Under the pieces are notes generated by a model. That model worked only from the letters and a program-made list of their open reading frames with translations, had not been told where the DNA came from and ran no database searches. 64,000 bases of DNA from Acidobacteriota bacterium (lineage in GTDB: Bacteria; Acidobacteriota; UBA6911; RPQK01; JADFOI01). Positions 17,122-26,742 of this stretch are shown here, one piece after another. The position numbers and the translations under genes are program-made. The first letter of the stretch is position 1. Each line of letters begins with the position of its first letter. The stretch lies in assembly GCA_963663035.1 (NCBI GenBank), contig OY760074.1, positions 704,001 to 768,000 on the forward strand, written 5' to 3'.

Positions 17122-18681
17122 ATGCAAGTTTCTACTCTGATCGGCTCCGCAATAGTGGCGGCGGTGGCAGTCATGGTCTGGTTTGTGATGAAGATCCGTT
17201 TTGTAGACCAGCGTGTCGTGGAAGCGAAAAGGAAGGTGGAAGAGATTAGGGAGGCAGCCCAACAGGATGCCGAAAGACTGAAGAAGGAGAAGCTGGTAGA
17301 GGCCAAAGATGAGATCTTTACCTGGCGTTCCGAGGCGGAGAAAGAGCTACACGAAGGTCGACGGAAGTTCAATAAGTGGGAGCGGAACCTGAGTCGACAA
17401 GAAGATAATCTGCAAAGTAAAGAACAGGAAATACTTCGCAATGAGAAGGATTCTAATCGACGCTTGACGAAGCTCCAACATCGGGAAAGGGGATTGGCTG
17501 AAGGGGAACGAAATTTAGAAGAGGCCCGGGCAGATCAAATCAAGCGATTGGAAGCTGTGGCCGGGATGACCGCCGAAGAAGCCAAGAATGTTCTCATGCA
17601 GTCCATCAGAGAACAAGCCTTGGGTGATGCGGCCATGTTGGCCAAACGACTTGAGGAGGAGGCTCGGGAAACTGCCACCCGTGAGGCTCGAAAAGTTCTC
17701 GCCCAAGCCATTCAACGCTGTGCTGCGGCACACGTGGTGGAGTCTTCAGTTTCTGTTGTGGATCTTCCCTCAGATGATATGAAGGGGCGAATCATCGGAA
17801 GAGAAGGGAGAAATATCCGTGCCTTGGAGCAGGCGACTGGTATTGACCTGATTGTCGATGACACTCCAGAGGCGGTGATCTTGTCAGGATTCGACCCGCT
17901 GCGCCGAGAAATTGCCAGACTGTCGATTGAGCGCCTGATCAAGGATGGACGAATCCATCCGAGTCGTATCGAAGAGGTGGTAAGCAAGGTCAAAAAGGAG
18001 ATGAAGGACACTGCTCTCCGGGAGGGGGAAGAAGTAGCTCTCGAGCTGGGAATTCACGGTATCCATGCGGACCTGCTTCTCTTGGTGGGCAAGCTGAAAT
18101 ATCGAAGCAGCTACGGTCAAAATGTCCTTTCTCACAGCAGAGAAGTGGCCTATCTGGCAGGAATCATGGCTCGCGAAATAGGCGCCAATGTGGCTGTGTG
18201 TAAGCGAGGCGGGCTGCTTCATGATGTCGGAAAGGCCGTTGATCGGGATATGGAGGGAACTCACCTGCAACTGGGAGTGAAGCTGGCCCGAAAATTTCAA
18301 GAGAGTCCCGAGGTGATACATGCGATCGAAGCCCATCATTTTGATGTTGAATTTCGCACCATCGAGGCGATTTTGGTACAGGCTGCCGACGCAACTTCCG
18401 CTGCTCGACCGGGAGCTCGCCGAGAAGTCCTGGAGAGCTATGTCAAGAGACTGGAGCAGCTGGAAGAGATGGCCATGTCATTTTCGGGTGTGTCCAAGGC
18501 CTTTGCTCTCCAGGCGGGACGAGAAGTGCGGATAATCGTCGAGAGTAGTAAGGTTTCAGACGAGCAGGCCTTCTGGTTGACGAAAGATATAACCAAGAAG
18601 ATTGAGAATGAACTCCAGTATCCTGGGCAAATCAAGGTGACCCTTATTCGAGAGATGCGTGTCGTGGACTATGCGAAGTGA
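17122..18681 (+). CDS. rny: Ribonuclease Y
   Basis: TM anchor, coiled coil, KH (KGRIIGREGRNIR), HD (LLHDVGK); ATG 17122 follows AGGAG. Confidence 0.96.
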   Translation: MQVSTLIGSAIVAAVAVMVWFVMKIRFVDQRVVEAKRKVEEIREAAQQDAERLKKEKLVEAKDEIFTWRSEAEKELHEGRRKFNKWERNLSRQEDNLQSKEQEILRNEKDSNRRLTKLQHRERGLAEGERNLEEARADQIKRLEAVAGMTAEEAKNVLMQSIREQALGDAAMLAKRLEEEARETATREARKVLAQAIQRCAAAHVVESSVSVVDLPSDDMKGRIIGREGRNIRALEQATGIDLIVDDTPEAVILSGFDPLRREIARLSIERLIKDGRIHPSRIEEVVSKVKKEMKDTALREGEEVALELGIHGIHADLLLLVGKLKYRSSYGQNVLSHSREVAYLAGIMAREIGANVAVCKRGGLLHDVGKAVDRDMEGTHLQLGVKLARKFQESPEVIHAIEAHHFDVEFRTIEAILVQAADATSAARPGARREVLESYVKRLEQLEEMAMSFSGVSKAFALQAGREVRIIVESSKVSDEQAFWLTKDITKKIENELQYPGQIKVTLIREMRVVDYAK

Positions 18682-18690
18682 GTTCCCGCG

Positions 18691-19467
18691 ATGAAAATTC
18701 TCTTTGTGGGCGATGTCGTGGGGCGGGCCGGTCGAAAGATATTGGAAGAGCGGCTTCCTGAAATCCAACAGGAGCACGAAGTTGAATTCACCATTGTCAA
18801 TGTCGAAAATGCAGCCGGAGGATTTGGGATCACCCCTTCAATAGCTGAGAAGATTCTTGGTTTCGGGGTAGATGTCATGACCTCGGGTAATCACATCTGG
18901 GATAAGAAGGAAGTTTTTGACTATTTTGACCGGCAGCCACGCCTGCTGCGACCGGGCAACTACCCACCCGGGGGACCTGGTCAGTACCAGTTCGTGGGAG
19001 AGGCCCGAAGCGGTGTTCTGGTGGCGGTCATCAATATTCAGGGACGGGTGTTTATGCCGATTATCGACTGTCCCTTTCAGTTCGCTGAGCGCGAAATTCC
19101 GAAGCTGGCAAGACAAGCATCGGTGATCGTGGTTGACTTTCACGCGGAGGCAACTTCTGAAAAGGTTGCCTTCGGCTGGTTCATGAATGGCAAAGTTTCA
19201 GCTGTCATCGGAACACACACACACATCCCGACTGCTGATGCAAGGGTTCTTCCAGAGGGCACGGCTTATATTTCCGACGTGGGCATGACCGGATCTTATG
19301 AATCGGTGATCGGAATGGAAGTCGACTCCTCTCTGTCTCGTTTTCTGACGGGATTACCGTCCCACTTCAAACCGGCAAGCGAAGAGCCCTGCCTGAGTTC
19401 AGTGATCCTGGATATCGACGAGTCCGACGGTTCAGCCCGCTCCATTCGGCGGCTCTCAGTGAATTAG
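18691..19467 (+). CDS. ymdB: YmdB-like (TIGR00282) metallophosphoesterase
   Basis: GDVVG, NVENAAGG, GNHIWD, DFHAEATSEK, GTHTH, DVGMTG. Confidence 0.93.
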   Translation: MKILFVGDVVGRAGRKILEERLPEIQQEHEVEFTIVNVENAAGGFGITPSIAEKILGFGVDVMTSGNHIWDKKEVFDYFDRQPRLLRPGNYPPGGPGQYQFVGEARSGVLVAVINIQGRVFMPIIDCPFQFAEREIPKLARQASVIVVDFHAEATSEKVAFGWFMNGKVSAVIGTHTHIPTADARVLPEGTAYISDVGMTGSYESVIGMEVDSSLSRFLTGLPSHFKPASEEPCLSSVILDIDESDGSARSIRRLSVN

Positions 19468-19472
19468 TGCAA

Positions 19473-19732
19473 AGCCCGCATTTCTCACACCAGGTCGTCG
19501 CGAAGCGGCGAAAGGGCCGGAAAACAGAGCCGTGGGCTTTAGCCCACGGGCCCGCAGGCTAAAGCCTGCGGCTCCGACTGGCGCGCGAGGGGTACCCGCC
19601 ACGGGTCGGCCCCCGCAAACGTACTCTTGAGTACGTTGAGGATGGCGAGGGGTACCCGCTTGCGGGTCGCGCAACACAGTCAGGTCGTGTCATTCCGCCG
19701 ATGCAGTAGAGCAGGTGTGAGAAGTGCGGGTT
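19473..19732. repeat. Palindromic MITE/REPIN-like element, copy 2 (type B ends, with REP-like insert)
   Basis: IR AGCCCGCATTTCTCACACC...GGTGTGAGAAGTGCGGGTT; core is the reverse complement of the copy 1 core. Confidence 0.88.
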
Positions 19733-22568
19733 ATAGGTACTTTCCCAGAAACTGACCCGTGTAGGAGCCTTTGACCTTGGCAATGGTCTCCGGAGGACCC
19801 TCGGCGATCAACCGTCCTCCTGCTTCACCGCCCTCGGGTCCCAGATCGATAATCCAATCGGAGCATTTGATGACGTCCAGATTGTGTTCGATGACCAGGA
19901 CGGAGGCACCCTGGGAGATGAGGCGGTCAAAGGCCCGCAGCAACTTGCTAATGTCGTCAAAGTGTAACCCGGTAGTGGGCTCGTCGAAAAGGAAGAGGGG
20001 GCGTGTGGAAGTCTTCCTGGAAAGATAGGAGGCCAGCTTGATTCTCTGGGCTTCTCCCCCTGACAGGGTAGTGGCCGGTTGTCCGAGACGAAGATAACCC
20101 AGACCAACCTCGTCGAGAATTTTGAGCTTTTTCGATAGCCCGGGAGAGGCTCTAAAAAAGTCCATGGCTTCCCGGGCTGTGAGTTGTAAAACTTCGGCGA
20201 TGTTTTTCCCTTTATAGGTGACTTGCAGAATTTTGTTTGAGTAGCGAGTTCCTCTGCAGTCCTCGCACAAGAGCTGGACATCGGCCAGAAACTGCATTTC
20301 CACAGTGATCGTGCCGGCTCCATTACAACTCTGGCATCGGCCGCCAGGAATGTTGAATGAGAAATTTCCCGGGGAGAAATTGTGGGAGCGAGCCTGTCGC
20401 TGGGAAGCGAAAATCTTCCGAATCTGATCGAAGGCCTTGATGTAGGTCACTGGGTTGGATCGAGGAGTCCTTCCAATAGGGGTTTGATCGACGAGTAAAA
20501 CCTCGCTCAGCTGTTCATCTCCTTCAATACAATCGAAGTCGCCAACGGTCTCTTTCCAGTCTCCCCTGAGCTTTTTTAGTCCCTTATAAAGAACTTCGTG
20601 GACAAGTGTGGATTTTCCCGATCCGGACACCCCAGTGATGCACACCAGAACTCCCAGGGGAATGCGCACCGTCAGATTTTGAAGGTTATGCTGTCGGGCC
20701 CCCTGGATGGTCAGGAAGTTACCGTTGCTGGAACGTCGAAAGACTGGCGTGGGGATCTTTTGCTTTCCCGTAAGATACTGGCCCGTAACAGAATTCGCAT
20801 TGGTCAGCAGTGAAGAGAGATCTCCGTTGTGTATGACCTCTCCTCCCCGTTCACCCGCTCCAGGGCCCATGTCGATGATGCGATCCGCTGCCTCGATCAT
20901 CTCCTTTTCGTGTTCCACGACTACGATGGTGTTGCCAAGATCACGAAGCTTTTGGAGAATCTCAATGAGCCGCCTTTCATCCCTGCAGTGCAGGCCAATC
21001 GAGGGTTCATCCAGGATATAAAGAGTGCCGACCAGAGAAGAACTCAAAGAGGCGGCCAGGTGAATACGCTGCATCTCCCCTCCGCTGAGGGTCGAAGTCA
21101 ATCGAGCAAGAGTCAGGTATTCCAGGCCGACCTTGGTCAAAAAGTCCAGACGCTGCTTGATTTCCCACAGAATTCTCTCGGCAATCTTGAGCTGAGGCGG
21201 GGAAAGAGGACATTTCGAAAAGAATTTCTGGATGTCGGAGATCGGCAAGGCGATCAACTCAGTAATTCTCTTCTCACCCACGTGGACGTCTCTAGCTTCC
21301 TGGCAAAGACGCTCTCCGCCACAGTCGGGACAGAGGGTATAACCGCGGTACCGGCTGATATAGATGCGCACGTGCATCTTGTATTTTTTCTTCTCCAAGT
21401 AGGCAAAGAATCCCTTCACACCAGGAAAACCACCCTCTCCATTCCAGATCTTGCGGCGGACCTGCTCAGGAAGCTGGTGAAAGGGCCTGTCAAGAGGGAT
21501 TTTCTTTTCCCCAGCATAAGTCTCTAGCTTCTTCTGAAAACGACGGTAACGAGGTTTGGAAAAAGGCTCAATAGGGCCTTCAAGAATGGTTTTGGTCGGA
21601 TCGGGGATGATCAGTTCCGGATCAAGGCTGATGGTGTTCCCAAAACCCTGACAGGTCGGACAAGCTCCGTAGGGGTTGTTGAAGGAGAACAATCGAGGAT
21701 CCAGGCTGCGATAGGAGATATTACAGTACTGACATTCAAATCTCTCTGTGAAGCGGAGGGGCTTGCTTGATTTTGCACCGGATTTCCCATCCAGAACATA
21801 AACTTGGGCGATTCCATTTCCCTCTCGGTAGCAGAGCTCCAGAGAATCTGCGAGACGATCTCCAACGTCAGGTTGAATCACCAGCCGGTCCAGCAGAATC
21901 TCGCTCCGCTCCAGCTCCTCAAGTGATCGAATTTCGTCTTCTGGAAGATGACGAAGAGAGCCTTCATTCGAGATCTCTCCGACAATGAGGCGGCGGAAAC
22001 CCTGTTTCAGGAGATTTTCGAGGATCAGCTTGAACGGGAAGTCCTTCTCTGGATGGTCTGAGTTGAGGTCCAGGCGGCTCCCCTTGAAGGGAAAGGTGAC
22101 ATAGATGCGGGCTCCTTCCGGCAGAGACATTAATTGCTCAATAACATCATCGATCAAGTTCTTTGTGACTTCTTTACCGCATTCATGGCAAATAATAGTG
22201 CCCACGCGGGAATACAGAAGGCGTAAATGGTCGTAAATTTCCGTGACTGTCCCTACCGTGGAACGTGGATTTCGGGAGGTGTTCTTCTGGCGAATAGCGA
22301 CAGCTGGACTAATTCCAGTAATCTCACGCACTCGGGGCTTGTTGAGTCGCTCCAAGAACTGACGAGCATAGGCGGAAAGCGACTCTACATATCGACGTTG
22401 TCCCTCAGCATAGAGTGTGTCAAAGACTAAACTGGATTTACCTGAACCACTGACTCCCGTCACCACGGTTAGGTGATTGAGCGGGATGTCGACGTCGATA
22501 TTCTTTAGATTGTTTTGCTGGACTCCCAGCAACCGAATACTCTCTCCCGGATGGTCATTCTTCGACAT
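19731..22568 (-). CDS. uvrA: Excinuclease ABC subunit A
   Basis: Two GVSGSGKS Walker A motifs, LYAEGQRRYVESLS, LSGGE signatures, several CxxC zinc fingers. Confidence 0.96.
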   Translation of the reverse strand: MSKNDHPGESIRLLGVQQNNLKNIDVDIPLNHLTVVTGVSGSGKSSLVFDTLYAEGQRRYVESLSAYARQFLERLNKPRVREITGISPAVAIRQKNTSRNPRSTVGTVTEIYDHLRLLYSRVGTIICHECGKEVTKNLIDDVIEQLMSLPEGARIYVTFPFKGSRLDLNSDHPEKDFPFKLILENLLKQGFRRLIVGEISNEGSLRHLPEDEIRSLEELERSEILLDRLVIQPDVGDRLADSLELCYREGNGIAQVYVLDGKSGAKSSKPLRFTERFECQYCNISYRSLDPRLFSFNNPYGACPTCQGFGNTISLDPELIIPDPTKTILEGPIEPFSKPRYRRFQKKLETYAGEKKIPLDRPFHQLPEQVRRKIWNGEGGFPGVKGFFAYLEKKKYKMHVRIYISRYRGYTLCPDCGGERLCQEARDVHVGEKRITELIALPISDIQKFFSKCPLSPPQLKIAERILWEIKQRLDFLTKVGLEYLTLARLTSTLSGGEMQRIHLAASLSSSLVGTLYILDEPSIGLHCRDERRLIEILQKLRDLGNTIVVVEHEKEMIEAADRIIDMGPGAGERGGEVIHNGDLSSLLTNANSVTGQYLTGKQKIPTPVFRRSSNGNFLTIQGARQHNLQNLTVRIPLGVLVCITGVSGSGKSTLVHEVLYKGLKKLRGDWKETVGDFDCIEGDEQLSEVLLVDQTPIGRTPRSNPVTYIKAFDQIRKIFASQRQARSHNFSPGNFSFNIPGGRCQSCNGAGTITVEMQFLADVQLLCEDCRGTRYSNKILQVTYKGKNIAEVLQLTAREAMDFFRASPGLSKKLKILDEVGLGYLRLGQPATTLSGGEAQRIKLASYLSRKTSTRPLFLFDEPTTGLHFDDISKLLRAFDRLISQGASVLVIEHNLDVIKCSDWIIDLGPEGGEAGGRLIAEGPPETIAKVKGSYTGQFLGKYL

Positions 22569-22626
22569 AGGAAAACCACCAGTCTACCATTGAACGCTTT
22601 AGCTCACGTGTTATAGTAGCTCCTCA

Positions 22627-23616
22627 ATGAAAATTAAAGCGGTCAGGCCTTCCATAGCGCTCCCAGGAGGAACCGTTCAAGTTGAGGTGGAGGGACTTGA
22701 GGACCCCTCGAATGTCCAGGTCGAAGTGGGTGATGTCAAAGCCGAGATTACCGGGGCTTCCTCCCGTACCTTGACTCTTAGGATTCCTGAAGGATGTGGG
22801 GACGGGCTGGTGGTTCGCAGTCAAGGGGAAGAGCGCATCGACCTGAAGGTTGGTCGTCTGATCGCCTCCGAGCTCCATCCGGTGTCCAATCCAGTGGTGG
22901 ACTCGAAGGGTAACGTGTATGTGACTTTCAGTGGCACTCGGGGGGAAAAGGTTCCCTTTAGTGTCTACGTGGTTCATGCCGATGGAAGCAAGCATCCTTT
23001 CCTTGCCGAGGTGGTCAATCCGACAGGTTTGGCTATTGGTTCCGACGATTGTCTCTATATCACCAGCCGACACACAGGAACTGTCTATCGGTCCACTTTC
23101 GATAAGCGAATTGACAAATTTGTGGAGGGACTCGGATTGGCGACGGGACTGGTTTTCGATTCACAACAGAATCTTCTGGTAGGAGATCGAGACGGCAAGA
23201 TCTACAAGGTCACTCCCAAGCAGGAGGTATCTGTTCTTTGTCAGTTGGAACCCAGTATTTCCGCTTATCATCTGGCAGTGGCCCCGGATGACACCCTTTT
23301 TGTGACGGGTCCGACGCTGTCCACCCAGGACTGTATTTATCAGGTGTCTAAGGAAGGTGAAAGTCAGGTCTTCTTCAAAGGGTTAGGACGCCCCCAGGGA
23401 CTGGGATTCGACCCGCAGGGAAAGCTGCAGGTGGCAGCCTCCTGTCAAGGCAAAAAGGGGCTATACACCTTCCAAAATGGTACTCCTGTTCTGACTGTTT
23501 CCGGACCCATGCTGGTCGGTCTTGCCTACGACAAGAAAGGAACTTCCCTCTATCTGGTGAACAGCACAAGTCTCTTCCGGGTGGAGATGGGTGAAAAGCT
23601 GACAACTGACATCTGA
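22627..23616 (+). CDS. IPT/TIG-like domain plus SMP-30/NHL-like beta-propeller protein
   Basis: N-terminal VRPSIALPGGTVQVEVEG Ig-like pattern, then repeated PxGLAxDxxGxLYV blades. Confidence 0.7.
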   Translation: MKIKAVRPSIALPGGTVQVEVEGLEDPSNVQVEVGDVKAEITGASSRTLTLRIPEGCGDGLVVRSQGEERIDLKVGRLIASELHPVSNPVVDSKGNVYVTFSGTRGEKVPFSVYVVHADGSKHPFLAEVVNPTGLAIGSDDCLYITSRHTGTVYRSTFDKRIDKFVEGLGLATGLVFDSQQNLLVGDRDGKIYKVTPKQEVSVLCQLEPSISAYHLAVAPDDTLFVTGPTLSTQDCIYQVSKEGESQVFFKGLGRPQGLGFDPQGKLQVAASCQGKKGLYTFQNGTPVLTVSGPMLVGLAYDKKGTSLYLVNSTSLFRVEMGEKLTTDI

Positions 23617-23621
23617 CACCT

Positions 23622-24737
23622 GTGTCTACTACCTTTCGAGTTCTGGCTCGAGATGAGCAAACTCATGCCCGGCAAGGGGTACTGCAAACCAGGCATGGTA
23701 AGGTTGATACTCCGGTTTTCATGCCGGTCGGAACGGCCGGAACAGTCAAGGCCATGCCCCATGAGTTTCTGGAAGCTCTGGAAACCCAGATCATCCTGGC
23801 CAACACCTACCATCTCTATCTTCGTCCCGGCGAGCAGGTCATCCGAAGCCAAGGCGGACTTCACCGTTTCATGTCCTGGAAGGGGCCGATACTGACCGAT
23901 AGCGGCGGCTATCAGGTCTTTAGCCACCAGGCGCTCAGAAAGATCACAGAAGAAGGAGTCAAATTTCGGTCCCACCTGGATGGGACTACTCATTTTTTCT
24001 CTCCGGAGAAGTCCATCCAGATTCAGCAGACATTTGGCTCGGACATCATTATGACGTTCGATGAGTGCACTCCCTACCCGGTCAGTGAGCGGGAAGCCAA
24101 AGAGTCTATGCGCCGTTCAATGCGTTGGGCCCAGCGCTGTAAGGAGGTTCATGACAGTGATGGGCCGGCTCTGTTTGGAATTGTTCAGGGAAGTGTCTTC
24201 CTTCAGCTGCGAAGAGAGAGTGTGGAGCGTCTGTGTGCAATCAATCTTCCAGGTTTGGCACTGGGCGGCCTTGGTGTAGGAGAGCCGAGGCTGTTGATGT
24301 ACGAGCTGATCGCAGACCTTGAGAGTTTGATGCCGCAGGACAAGCCCCGTTATCTCATGGGGATGGGTACTCCCCTGGACTTGTTGTTCTGCGTCAAACA
24401 GGGAATGGATATGTTTGACTGTGTTCTCCCCACTCGAAATGCCCGAAACGGGACGTTATTCACTTCAGTCGGGCGGGTTCGTATCAAGAATACCTGCTAT
24501 CGACATGATGAAGGACCTCTGGATCCTCACTGCGAGTGCTTGGTCTGCAAACGCTACAGTCGAAGCTATCTGAGGCATCTCTTTGTTTCGGGCGAGATTG
24601 TTTCAAGTATCTTGAATACCTATCATAATCTCTATTTTTACCTTGACTTAATGGAGAAGATTCGACAAAGTATCGCGCTCAATTCGCTTACAGAATTTGA
24701 GGGGCGCTTTCGAGAGCGCTATACCGAGTCTGCCTGA
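23622..24737 (+). CDS. tgt: tRNA-guanine transglycosylase
   Basis: TPVFMPVGT, NTYHL, TDSGGYQV, DMFDCVLPTR, CECLVC zinc site. Confidence 0.97.
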   Translation: MSTTFRVLARDEQTHARQGVLQTRHGKVDTPVFMPVGTAGTVKAMPHEFLEALETQIILANTYHLYLRPGEQVIRSQGGLHRFMSWKGPILTDSGGYQVFSHQALRKITEEGVKFRSHLDGTTHFFSPEKSIQIQQTFGSDIIMTFDECTPYPVSEREAKESMRRSMRWAQRCKEVHDSDGPALFGIVQGSVFLQLRRESVERLCAINLPGLALGGLGVGEPRLLMYELIADLESLMPQDKPRYLMGMGTPLDLLFCVKQGMDMFDCVLPTRNARNGTLFTSVGRVRIKNTCYRHDEGPLDPHCECLVCKRYSRSYLRHLFVSGEIVSSILNTYHNLYFYLDLMEKIRQSIALNSLTEFEGRFRERYTESA

Positions 24738-24756
24738 GAAATCTGTGATATAAGGA

Positions 24757-25101
24757 GTGACGATGTTTCCCTTCATACTGGCGCAGCAGGGCTCGTCTCC
24801 GCAGACTGGATTGTTTGGGCTCTTGCCCTTCATCCTCATCGCAGGGATCTTTTATCTTTTGATTATCCGCCCCATGCGCAGTCGTCAGAAGAGTCTGGAC
24901 TCTCTGATCACCAGCCTGAAAAATGGTGACAAAGTGATTACCACCGGTGGAGTCTATGGAACGATTGCAGGAGTGAGGGAGAACACATTTCTTCTCAAGG
25001 TGGCTGATCAGGTGAAGATGGAGGTGGCAAAAAACGCGGTTGCCTCACTGCAATCGCCGTCGGAGAACTCCACCTCCCAGAAAGTTCCGTCTAAGTCATG
25101 A
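24757..25101 (+). CDS. yajC: Preprotein translocase subunit YajC
   Basis: FYLLIIRP, GDKVITTGGVYG. Confidence 0.95.
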   Translation: MTMFPFILAQQGSSPQTGLFGLLPFILIAGIFYLLIIRPMRSRQKSLDSLITSLKNGDKVITTGGVYGTIAGVRENTFLLKVADQVKMEVAKNAVASLQSPSENSTSQKVPSKS

Positions 25102-26684
25102 AACGAGATTTACAATATCGGTTGGGTTTCATTTTCGTTGTCCTGATCGTCAGTATTCTTCTCTTCTATCCCCCCTCCCAGAAGATCAATTTGGGTTTGG
25201 ATCTCAAGGGTGGCATTCACCTGGTGCTGCAGGTCGTGACCAGCGATGCTCTGGAGGCAAGAGTCAACCAGCTTCGGGAGTTGATCGAGGCGGATCTGGG
25301 AGAAGATGGAATCGTCTTTACCCGCACCCAGGTCACTGAGGACTTCGACATTGAAATTTTGGGAGCTTCTAGGGATCAGCAGCAGGAACTGGAAGATAAC
25401 TTGCGCCTCCACTCACTGGACTGGACTTATCAGATTCAGTCTCGGGATGGAGAGGTCGATGCTGTAATGTCAATGACCGAGGCAGCCAAGTTGAGGACGG
25501 CCGACGAGACGGTTCAGCAGGCCAAAGAGACGATTCAGAGGCGCGTTGATCAGTACGGTGTGGCCGAGCCGACGATTACGGTTTATGGAAGTGGTCAGCT
25601 GAAAGACCAGATCATCGTGGAGCTGCCGGGAGTTGAGGATTTTGATCGTGTCCTTGACCTCATCAAGAACACGGCCAGACTTGAACTCAAGCTTGTCCAT
25701 CCCAGCCAGGGAGGCCCCTATTCCACCCGGGCCCTGGCGCTGGCAGCCTTTGGCACCGGCCTTCCCTCAGATTATGAAATCCTGCCCATGCGGGAGCCGA
25801 CTGACAGCGGAGATCAAACCCTGTATATGGTGGTGCGCAAGGCTCCTTCCATCACTGGGGAGCATCTCAAGGATGCCCGTCGCTCCCAGGATAGCTTCAC
25901 CATGCGTGCGGAGATCGTATTTTTCCTAAAGGCTGAGGGGGTGGCGTTGTTTAGCCGGACCACCGAACAGAACGTGGGCAATCGGCTGGCCGTGGTGCTG
26001 GATGACGAGATTCGCTCGGCTCCCAATATTAACGAGAGGATCGCCACCGAATCGGCTCGAATCACGGGAAGCTTTACCCCTGAGCAAGCGGAGGATCTGG
26101 CCCTGGTCTTGCGCTCTGGAGCCCTTCCAGCTGCCATTCAGATTCTCGAAAATCGGATCATTGGGCCTTCTCTGGGACTGGCCTCCATTCGAAGAGGAAT
26201 CACCGCATCCCTGGTGGGCCTGACTCTGGTGGTGGCGGGAATGCTTGTGGTGTACAGACTCTCGGGGCTGAATGCGATCTTGTGTCTCATGATCAACCTC
26301 CTCATCCTTCTTGGAGTGCTGTCCTATTTTCATGCTACCTTAACCCTCCCGGGAATTGCCGGGGTGATCTTGACCATTGGCATGGCAGTGGATGCCAATA
26401 TTCTGATATTCGAGAGAATCAAGGAAGAGATCGGTGTGGGGAAGACCGTTCGCAGCGCGGTCGCTGCGGGCTTTGACCGGGTTTTTTCCACGATCATCGA
26501 TACCAATACCACAACTCTGATTGCCGCACTTTTCCTTTTTCAGTTTGGAACCGGTCCCGTACGCGGCTTTGCAGTGACCTTGATCGTTGGCCTGCTGGCC
26601 AATATTTTCACTGCCGTTTTTGTTTCAAGGACAATCTTTCGCTTGATTCTGGAGAGGCGTGCTGTGGAGCGGCTTTCCATTTAA
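25098..26684 (+). CDS. secD: Protein translocase subunit SecD
   Basis: LGLDLKGG, GVAEP, LRSGALP, GMAVDANILIFERIKEE. Confidence 0.96.
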   Translation: MKRDLQYRLGFIFVVLIVSILLFYPPSQKINLGLDLKGGIHLVLQVVTSDALEARVNQLRELIEADLGEDGIVFTRTQVTEDFDIEILGASRDQQQELEDNLRLHSLDWTYQIQSRDGEVDAVMSMTEAAKLRTADETVQQAKETIQRRVDQYGVAEPTITVYGSGQLKDQIIVELPGVEDFDRVLDLIKNTARLELKLVHPSQGGPYSTRALALAAFGTGLPSDYEILPMREPTDSGDQTLYMVVRKAPSITGEHLKDARRSQDSFTMRAEIVFFLKAEGVALFSRTTEQNVGNRLAVVLDDEIRSAPNINERIATESARITGSFTPEQAEDLALVLRSGALPAAIQILENRIIGPSLGLASIRRGITASLVGLTLVVAGMLVVYRLSGLNAILCLMINLLILLGVLSYFHATLTLPGIAGVILTIGMAVDANILIFERIKEEIGVGKTVRSAVAAGFDRVFSTIIDTNTTTLIAALFLFQFGTGPVRGFAVTLIVGLLANIFTAVFVSRTIFRLILERRAVERLSI

Positions 26685-26742
26685 TAAACGAAACAAAAGA
26701 GCCCCCTTGGGGACTAAGTACCCAGCAGCTTAAAGAGACAGT

